This document shows, piece after piece, positions 57,976-64,000 of a DNA stretch of 64,000 nt (positions are counted from its first letter, which is position 1; every line of letters starts with the position of its first letter). A model generated the notes under the pieces. The model did no database searches. It had not been told where the DNA came from and saw only the letters and a list, made by a program, of their open reading frames with translations. The stretch is from a phage. Made by a program: the position numbers and the translations under genes. Location: sequence record PZ534511.1; one strand, written 5' to 3'.

Positions 57976-58099
57976 TGTAGGAAGGTTTAGTAGGTAACGG
58001 TAGCCAATCGAATGATGGTTTTTCAATTGGCACCTACATAACCACACTGTGTAGTGTTGTTGATCTGGTTAGTTATGAGTAAACTGGAGAGTATGAAAA

Positions 58100-58570
58100 A
58101 TGAAACTTGATAAAAATGTTCAACGAAAAGCTTTCTTGGATATGATCGCATATTCAGAAGGCACAGATAATGGTAGACAACCCACCAAGGATCGGGGCTA
58201 TGATGTCATAGTTGGTGGCAAGCTGTTTAGCGATTACAGCAAGCATCCAGGTGTGTACGTTAAGCTAAATGCTAAACTTACCTCCTCCGCTGCTGGGCGT
58301 TACCAGGTTTTGGAGAAGTTTGCTAAACACTACATGGAACAGTTAGGATTGCCAGATTTTGGCCCTGCCAGTCAGGACAAGATTGCGTTGCAACTGATCC
58401 GTGAGTGCAAGGCTCTCGCCGACATTGACGAAGGGCGTATCCACGAGGCTATCCATAAATGTCGTTCCCGCTGGGCTTCGTTACCTGGTGCTGGATATGG
58501 TCAGCATGAACAGAAGATTGAGAAGTTGATCGAGGTGTTTAAAAAGGCAGGCGGTGTTGTCCTTGATTGA
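58100..58570 (+). CDS. endolysin, lambda R-like lytic transglycosylase
   Basis: Near-identity of blocks to lambda R from memory: QRKAFLDMIAYSEGTDNGRQ, GYDVIVGG, AAGRYQ, WASLPGAGYGQ. Confidence 0.85.
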   Translation: MKLDKNVQRKAFLDMIAYSEGTDNGRQPTKDRGYDVIVGGKLFSDYSKHPGVYVKLNAKLTSSAAGRYQVLEKFAKHYMEQLGLPDFGPASQDKIALQLIRECKALADIDEGRIHEAIHKCRSRWASLPGAGYGQHEQKIEKLIEVFKKAGGVVLD

Positions 58571-58633
58571 TCATTGACATAACCACACGGACGTGGTATT
58601 GTTGCCTCATAAAATGTTTAGGAGGGTTTAACC

Positions 58634-58840
58634 ATGAAAGATTTTCTGTTGGCAATTTTGTTCATGGCAGCATGTCTGGCCTGTGGTGTCGTGTTTGCAG
58701 GTGAAACAGCGTATCTTGTCGATGTATATCGGGACAATGGTAAACGTATTTGCCTTTATGAGACAAGCCAAGGTGAGCTCTACGAGCTTGTGAAACAAGG
58801 CGAGGCTGGATCTTGTCCTCGCACCCATTTCTTTGAATGA
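58634..58840 (+). CDS. small membrane/secreted protein (possible lipoprotein or holin-like lysis accessory)
   Basis: 68 aa; N-terminal hydrophobic segment LLAILFMAACLACGVVFA; AGGAGGG RBS; directly after endolysin. Confidence 0.35.
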   Translation: MKDFLLAILFMAACLACGVVFAGETAYLVDVYRDNGKRICLYETSQGELYELVKQGEAGSCPRTHFFE

Positions 58841-58849
58841 GGAGAATAC

Positions 58850-59314
58850 GTGGAAGACGGACGTTTAATGAAGTCTGAACGCAGGCTTATTGTGCAACTG
58901 ATCCCAGAAACAGCTTGGTATAATAACCTCCGGAACGCTGTGAAGAAGAGTGAGTGGGATAAGATCCGCAAGAAGTGCTATAGAGAAGCCAACTACACTT
59001 GTGAGGTGTGCGGCGGTAAAGGCAGCAAACACCCAGTGGAGTGTCATGAACTTTACACTTTCGAAGAGGGAGTGATCCGGCTTGTCGGACTGATAGCGTT
59101 GTGCCCAGATTGTCACACATCGGTGCATCCTGGGTTAGCAAATATCCGTGGAAAGTATGATCAAGCAGTTAATCAGTTGGCTAAGGTGAATAAGATCACC
59201 AAAGGTATGGCAGAGGCGTATTACCGAGACTGCTTTGCAGAGTGGCGTGAGCTTAGTAAAGTTCCAGAATGGAAGACTGACTTTTCGTGGATAGAGGGTT
59301 ACCTTGATGGCTAA
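58850..59314 (+). CDS. HNH-like zinc-binding nuclease domain protein
   Basis: CEVCGG...VECHE...LCPDCH...H spacing typical of HNH/zinc-finger nucleases; GTG start with GAGGAG RBS. Confidence 0.4.
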   Translation: MEDGRLMKSERRLIVQLIPETAWYNNLRNAVKKSEWDKIRKKCYREANYTCEVCGGKGSKHPVECHELYTFEEGVIRLVGLIALCPDCHTSVHPGLANIRGKYDQAVNQLAKVNKITKGMAEAYYRDCFAEWRELSKVPEWKTDFSWIEGYLDG

Positions 59315-59597
59315 GAGACCTGTAAAAGAGAAATTCGATAAGACAGCTTTTGTATTCGATACACCTCTGGACGATATCATCAGAGGTATGCAAGCCTTGT
59401 ATCGGAAGGCTGAATCTGAGCAGTTGTCTGAATCAGAACTTTACTGGCTTGGTTGGTGGGAGTTAAACCTGCCTAAAGCTGAAAGTTCTTGTCTGAGAAC
59501 TGTTAAAACGTGCGCCCAAGAAAACGCTGCACTTGGAATCTACCACAAAAGGAAAAGATCAACAAAAAGCTCTCCAAGAAAGACTAAAAAGTCTTGA
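59307..59597 (+). CDS. hypothetical protein, basic C-terminus (96 aa)
   Basis: ORF track; first ATG used. Confidence 0.3.
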   Translation: MAKRPVKEKFDKTAFVFDTPLDDIIRGMQALYRKAESEQLSESELYWLGWWELNLPKAESSCLRTVKTCAQENAALGIYHKRKRSTKSSPRKTKKS

Positions 59598-59623
59598 CAA
59601 AAGTGTTATTAATCTGATATTAT
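59594..59623 (+). promoter_or_regulatory. near-consensus sigma70 promoter
   Basis: TTGACA (59594-59599), 18-nt spacer, TATTAT (59618-59623); AGGAGA RBS and ATG at 59657 follow. Confidence 0.6.
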
Positions 59624-59656
59624 CGGTCAGATATCTATAAACTAGGAGAACTAGAT

Positions 59657-59965
59657 ATGCTTAAAATTTTTATTGTTGAAGATAAAGATATTGTCCAGTT
59701 GTATGCAAACGAGAATCATAAAGGTATGATTCTGAAGAAGGCAAGCAACCTTCATGAAAACACAATTCAACCTGGCGATGTAATTAAGATCTGTGGTTAT
59801 ATGATACCAGACTCCTTGATGAAAATAACCCACCACTGGGGGTCTAATCCGTTCCTTTTTGAAAAGTATTGGGATGTTGAGTCACTTATTGCAGAGAGTG
59901 ATGATGCATTCCATTACAGCATCCAACCATCTTGCAGAATAACTAACAGGAGGGTCTTTGAGTAG
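59657..59965 (+). CDS. hypothetical early protein (102 aa)
   Basis: First gene after strong promoter; good RBS. Confidence 0.45.
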   Translation: MLKIFIVEDKDIVQLYANENHKGMILKKASNLHENTIQPGDVIKICGYMIPDSLMKITHHWGSNPFLFEKYWDVESLIAESDDAFHYSIQPSCRITNRRVFE

Positions 59966-61097
59966 AGAATATCCACTTATTGAGTCCATAGATTGTCTGG
60001 CTGATCTTCTTGAACCTGACGCTATAGTTTATTATGACTTCGATCAGGTTGCATATCAAGCTGCAGCAAGTTGTGAAAAAAGGACAATTGAGGTAACACA
60101 CAAAGCCTCCGGACGTAAGAAGATGTTTAAAACACGAACAGAGTTCTGGGGGCGGCAGAAGAACACCGTTGGTGGTTGGTTAAAAGCTGAGAATACCAAC
60201 CGTGAAGCTGCATGTAAAAAGGCTGGCAAGGAGTTTATTCCGTGGACACGAGAAGATTTCGATGTCTTGGATATCCAAACCCCTGATCCTGTAGAGAACT
60301 GCTTGCACACAATTAAGTGTAAAGCTAATGCAGTCCTTAATTATCTCGGTATTCCGGAAGATCGGTGCGTGGGGGTACTTGGAGGCACAGGTAATTTCAG
60401 ACTAGATCTTCCCATGCCGGAAAGATATAAAGCCAACCGTAACAATACTCTTCGACCACTGCTGCTTGGAGATGCAAGACAGTATCTCCAAAAGCAGTAT
60501 AATGCTCAAGTGATCAACGGTATCGAGGCTGACGACTGGTTAGCTATTCAGCAATTTGAAGGTTGGAACCACTACCAAAAAACAGGTAAGTTCAACAAGT
60601 TTATTATCTCTATTGATAAGGACCAAAGAACACTACCTGGGCTTGTGTTCGATCCCATGCGAAACGATAAGGGTGATTTTGTAAGGGAAACCCCTATGCT
60701 GATCGATAACGGTATGGGGAACATCTTCATGAAGCCTAATGGAGAGGTTGGTGGTTACGGAATGCTGTTCTTCGGATACCAAATGCTGTGTGGTGACTCT
60801 GCTGACAACATTAAGCCGTATCAAGGACTTATCGGTAAGGGTAAGTTCGGAGATGCCTCAGCATTCTACCTACTGTCTCAGTGCAGCACTCCAAAGGAGA
60901 TGTGGGTGGCTATTATTGATCAGTACAAGAAGTGGTTCCCGAAAGGTGTTGTTAAGTATACTGACTTCAATGGTATTGATCGTAGAATTTCCGTAGGTCA
61001 ATGGATGAGTATAATTTTTGACTGTTTGTATATGAAGCGGACATTCAATGATCAAACAAAACTTGTTAACGTTCTTAGAAATGTTGGAGCAATTTGA
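59958..61097 (+). CDS. 5'-3' exonuclease / flap endonuclease (T5 D15 / T4 RNase H family)
   Basis: Motifs GIEADDWLA and LCGDSADNIKPYQGLIGKGKFGDASA; TTG start preceded by AGGAGGG. Confidence 0.75.
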   Translation: MSREYPLIESIDCLADLLEPDAIVYYDFDQVAYQAAASCEKRTIEVTHKASGRKKMFKTRTEFWGRQKNTVGGWLKAENTNREAACKKAGKEFIPWTREDFDVLDIQTPDPVENCLHTIKCKANAVLNYLGIPEDRCVGVLGGTGNFRLDLPMPERYKANRNNTLRPLLLGDARQYLQKQYNAQVINGIEADDWLAIQQFEGWNHYQKTGKFNKFIISIDKDQRTLPGLVFDPMRNDKGDFVRETPMLIDNGMGNIFMKPNGEVGGYGMLFFGYQMLCGDSADNIKPYQGLIGKGKFGDASAFYLLSQCSTPKEMWVAIIDQYKKWFPKGVVKYTDFNGIDRRISVGQWMSIIFDCLYMKRTFNDQTKLVNVLRNVGAI

Positions 61098-61429
61098 TGA
61101 CTAAAAATTCTGTAGATAGTGCAATTATGGAAGCTGTTTTTGAGGATGATCATACAACAGGGACACTTAAAACAAAAAATACATTCGTTGTTGCCACAGG
61201 TATGTGGCGGTTGTATGAAGATGACACCATTTCATACATCCTGTACACTGATGATTACGCAGATGACCGTGTATGGTCTGCTGTTTTAAAAGAGGATTGT
61301 GAACTGATTGAGGGCGAGCGGTTATGCATGTTCACCAGTGTGGAAACAGATGTTAAGCTTTGCTCTCTCGTCTTGTTCAAAGATAAGGCTTATGCTCCTG
61401 ATGAAGGAGAGGAGGATGAGGGAGTATGA
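61094..61429 (+). CDS. small highly acidic protein (111 aa)
   Basis: ATGA overlap with upstream gene; Asp/Glu-rich (YEDDTISYILYTDDYADD, PDEGEEDEG). Confidence 0.4.
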   Translation: MMTKNSVDSAIMEAVFEDDHTTGTLKTKNTFVVATGMWRLYEDDTISYILYTDDYADDRVWSAVLKEDCELIEGERLCMFTSVETDVKLCSLVLFKDKAYAPDEGEEDEGV

Positions 61430-62055
61430 GAGAGCGTCTATTATCCATAGACCAGTCGTTGACACACACAGCTTGCGTTGTATGGGACGATGGAAAGCCT
61501 GTTCATAAGGTTGTGTTACGAACTCAAAGCTCATCTGCAAAAGAGAAGAAACCAGGGACGGTTTCTTTTGCAACAGCTGCTGAGCGTATTGACTGGATCT
61601 GCAAACAGGTCAGATATTATATCCACACGCACGGAGTTGACACCGTGGTTATGGAAGGGCTTTCCTTTGGATCACGCGGGGATGCCACACGTGAACTGGC
61701 CGGGTTGTTTTACGGTCTTGAAATTATGCTTTGGGATGCCTTAGCTGATTGTGCAAATGACGGCCTGTTTAAGGTCCACACAGTGACACCAACAACCGCC
61801 AAAAAGTTTGCTCGCAGTCATCTTCCTGAAGAACTTGCTTTTGAGGAGAAGAAAAAGCTTGACAAAAAGACAGGTAAAGAGCATACTGTGAAGAAACCTG
61901 TTACAATGGATAAAAAGTTGATGGTTAAGGCCTGCGAAGTATCTGAACCTGGGTTCCTAGACGGAATCAATTTGGTACAAGGTAAGGCCGATCTCGCAGA
62001 TGCTTATTGGATAGGCAGGGCTCATCTGGAGGGATTATCGCAAAGCGTAAAATAA
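61426..62055 (+). CDS. RuvC-like Holliday junction resolvase
   Basis: RuvC-type acidic motifs in order: SIDQSL (first Asp), VVMEGLSFG (Glu), KADLADAYWIGRAHL (paired Asp + His) compared to E. coli RuvC GIDPG / AIEQVF / ADAADALAIAITH. Confidence 0.55.
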   Translation: MRERLLSIDQSLTHTACVVWDDGKPVHKVVLRTQSSSAKEKKPGTVSFATAAERIDWICKQVRYYIHTHGVDTVVMEGLSFGSRGDATRELAGLFYGLEIMLWDALADCANDGLFKVHTVTPTTAKKFARSHLPEELAFEEKKKLDKKTGKEHTVKKPVTMDKKLMVKACEVSEPGFLDGINLVQGKADLADAYWIGRAHLEGLSQSVK

Positions 62056-62612
62056 GAAAGAAAGCTGTCAAAGCCCCAGTTCATAACGGGTGGTTAAAAG
62101 ATTCTAAGGACATAGCCAACTTTCGAAAAGAATTGTCAGAGGAGCAGGATGGTCTTGATCCGATCTTGTGCGAGCCACTTCGTAAGCCTTGTTTAGATCA
62201 TGATCATCTGACTGGTCGTTGCAGGGGTGTTTTGTCTCAATGCACTAATACCTTTGAGGGGTATGTGCTTAAATACTGGATGAAATACTGTAACGAGTAT
62301 ACAGATTGCAGTTTATCAGAGGCGTTGCGCCGGATGGCTGACTATTTGGAGAAAGACTACAGCGACTTCCCGCTCCACAAAAACTACAGAGATGATATGA
62401 CAAAGTTCTTGAGGAGATGCTCTAAAGCTACGATTATTGCACGAGCAGAATCAGATCTCAATCTTGTCATTAATCCGGAGTGCACCAAGCATGAGGCTAT
62501 TGAGTTCTACATGCAGGAGTTTATAAAGAAAACTGAGGAGAGAGATTTCTATGGGGATGAAAAAGGTATTCAATCCTTGCGACTCAGTCCTGATCAGGAT
62601 GAAATACCGTAA
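62007..62612 (+). CDS. endonuclease VII-like (T4 gp49 family) nuclease; start codon uncertain
   Basis: CLDHDHLTGRCRGVLSQCTN matches endo VII zinc/HNH-like core; no in-frame ATG upstream of domain; track start is TTG overlapping RuvC-like ORF by 49 nt. Confidence 0.55.
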   Translation: MDRQGSSGGIIAKRKIRKKAVKAPVHNGWLKDSKDIANFRKELSEEQDGLDPILCEPLRKPCLDHDHLTGRCRGVLSQCTNTFEGYVLKYWMKYCNEYTDCSLSEALRRMADYLEKDYSDFPLHKNYRDDMTKFLRRCSKATIIARAESDLNLVINPECTKHEAIEFYMQEFIKKTEERDFYGDEKGIQSLRLSPDQDEIP

Positions 62613-62772
62613 CTGGAAAGGTGTTGTTGCAGATCGCTGCGTTACTGAGCCTAATTTATGGTTTGGCTCTACAGAGTATCATAAAGAAGAGCAGTGGTTG
62701 ATGCGTGCCTTCGATGTAGACAAGGGCGAATATCGTGACTTCGCTTTAAAAGACATTCTTCAGTTTTACTAA
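62551..62772 (+). CDS. hypothetical protein (73 aa)
   Basis: ATG with GAGGAGAGAG RBS; overlaps 3' end of endo VII-like ORF. Confidence 0.35.
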   Translation: MGMKKVFNPCDSVLIRMKYRNWKGVVADRCVTEPNLWFGSTEYHKEEQWLMRAFDVDKGEYRDFALKDILQFY

Positions 62773-62784
62773 GGAATCTTAACG

Positions 62785-63768
62785 ATGATGACAAAGTTAA
62801 CTCTTGAGCAAATTTTAACACTAAAGCAACAGGGATACACTAATAGACAAATTGCTCGTGAATTTTTAGGCCGTGAGTCACGTGAGAGCTGGATCCGACT
62901 ACAGCTTAAACGTGCACAAGAGAATATGTCAGAGATTGTAGGAGAAGCAACGGAGCGCTTCCTTGAAGAGCACAAAGGTGCTAAAGTTTGGGTGTATGAT
63001 ACAGAGACATCCCCAACAAACGGCTGGTTCTTTGGGCACTATAAGACCAACATTCAAACCTGTGGTATTGAAGTTATGCCCTATATGCTAACTTTCGCAG
63101 GTAAGTGGTTAGACAGTCCTAGTGTGGTTGACTGTGCTCTTCCTGATTATAAAATGTGGGGCGAAGATATTCACAATGATCTCGAATTGATTCAGGATTT
63201 GTGGTATTATCTGGATAAATGTGATGTCGCAGTAGCCCACAATTCAGGTTTTGACTGTGGGTGGGCCAACCAACGATTTGCATTTCACGGGTTGCCGCCA
63301 ACAAGCCCATACAAAGAGGTTGACACCCTCAAAATGATCAAGAAGGCATTCCGTTTGAATGCAAACACTTTGGAGTATGCATGCAAATACTTCCAACTTG
63401 CCCGGCAGAAACTGATTGACCACACATTTGAAATGTGGATCAAGTGTGTTCACGGTGATCTTGAGGCATTTAAACAGATGCGGGAGTACAATGTTGGCGA
63501 TATCCTATCTCTGGAAGGCCTGTATTTGCTGGCACGCCCGTTTGCTAAGCAGCACCCCAACATGTCGTTGTACTACCAGGACGAGGAGCCAAAAGTTCGT
63601 TGCCCACGCTGTGGTGGAGAACACCTTCACGAGGAAGAAGCTTTGGCGTATACTCAATTGAGCGCATTTAAAACATACCGCTGCGAAGGTTGTGGATCTG
63701 TTGTTCGTGATCGTAACAACATCCGTACCAGAGAAGAAATGAAAAACACCCTGATTCAGATAATCTAA
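62785..63768 (+). CDS. DEDD-family 3'-5' exonuclease with N-terminal HTH-like segment and C-terminal Cys4 zinc ribbon
   Basis: Exo motifs VYDTETS (Exo I), HNSGFD (Exo II), YNVGD (Exo III); CPRCGG...CEGCG at C-terminus. Confidence 0.65.
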   Translation: MMTKLTLEQILTLKQQGYTNRQIAREFLGRESRESWIRLQLKRAQENMSEIVGEATERFLEEHKGAKVWVYDTETSPTNGWFFGHYKTNIQTCGIEVMPYMLTFAGKWLDSPSVVDCALPDYKMWGEDIHNDLELIQDLWYYLDKCDVAVAHNSGFDCGWANQRFAFHGLPPTSPYKEVDTLKMIKKAFRLNANTLEYACKYFQLARQKLIDHTFEMWIKCVHGDLEAFKQMREYNVGDILSLEGLYLLARPFAKQHPNMSLYYQDEEPKVRCPRCGGEHLHEEEALAYTQLSAFKTYRCEGCGSVVRDRNNIRTREEMKNTLIQII

Positions 63769-63775
63769 CAATTAT

Positions 63776-63803
63776 AGGGAGGCTTGCGCCTCCCTTTTCC
63801 TTT
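63776..63803 (+). terminator. rho-independent terminator after exonuclease gene
   Basis: gggaggc-ttgc-gcctccc hairpin followed by ttttccttttgg. Confidence 0.65.
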
Positions 63804-63813
63804 TGGAGGTACT

Positions 63814-64000
63814 TTGAGCAAGAAAGAGTCCAACGACAAATATTACACAAACCCTGAGTATGCAGAATATCTTGTTGGTAAAGTAAAAGATAAGTATGGG
63901 AATTGTGCATACGTTGAGCCTTCTGCTGGAAGGGGTTCTTTTTCAAAACTATTTTCAGAGATACTGTCGTACGATTTAGTACCAGATCCTGAATTTGAAG
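63814..64000 (+). CDS. N6-adenine DNA methyltransferase, N-terminal fragment (runs off window end)
   Basis: TTG start after GGAGG RBS; YYTNPEYAEYLV and AdoMet-binding motif I-like VEPSAGRGSF; not in ORF track because no in-window stop. Confidence 0.5.
   Translation, partial: MSKKESNDKYYTNPEYAEYLVGKVKDKYGNCAYVEPSAGRGSFSKLFSEILSYDLVPDPEFE

Noticed and set aside
62007-62009. ATG start for the endo VII-like ORF
   Set aside because: The codon is TTG (the track treats alternative starts as M); no in-frame ATG precedes the catalytic core.

Overview
This 64 kb window reads as part of a large tailed-phage (Caudoviricetes) genome from a Gram-negative, probably enterobacterial, host; no integrase or attachment site is visible. 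All calls rest on manual reading of the sequence and ORF track; no database search or folding was run.

Layout:
- 1..47916 (minus strand): one long late structural operon. In transcription order it runs terminase large subunit (split into three exons by two group I introns, each carrying an HNH homing endonuclease), portal, protease/scaffold, lambda gpE-like capsid, neck proteins, putative sheath and tube, tape measure, baseplate proteins, a lambda J-like central fibre, and at least seven fibre/spike genes. The last is a giant ORF that runs off the window start and is missing from the ORF track.
- 47234..47916: an Rz/Rz1-type spanin pair sits immediately upstream of, and is translationally coupled to, the terminase.
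- 48338..49150: a minus-strand cluster of six canonical tRNAs (Pro, Met/Ile2, Thr, Ser, Tyr, Arg) plus one atypical 99-nt tRNA-like element, behind a consensus sigma70 promoter.
- 49590..53300: accessory region with small minus-strand genes, two GC-rich non-coding islands, and four phased 17-bp palindromes beside an HTH protein.
- 53303..64000 (plus strand): early/middle genes: RnlA-like RNA ligase, SIR2-like protein, MazG-like pyrophosphohydrolase, T7-type DNA ligase, lambda R-like endolysin, FEN-type 5'-3' exonuclease, RuvC-like and endonuclease VII-like nucleases, DEDD exonuclease, and the start of an N6-adenine methyltransferase.

Most notable observations:
1. An RNA-repair island (phosphoesterase, Pnk-like kinase, RnlA-like ligase) in which the kinase gene is broken by a perfect 127-bp tandem duplication.
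2. The doubly intron-split terminase.
3. The SIR2/MazG block next to the RNA-repair genes.
4. The palindrome array with its HTH protein.
5. The atypical tRNA-like gene.
6. An endonuclease VII-like ORF with no ATG that could be fused to the RuvC-like ORF by a -1 frameshift.

The operon boundaries and starts of neighbouring genes are supported by eight minus-strand rho-independent terminators and five sigma70-like promoters, listed as features. Exon boundaries, several start codons and most structural-protein roles are approximate.
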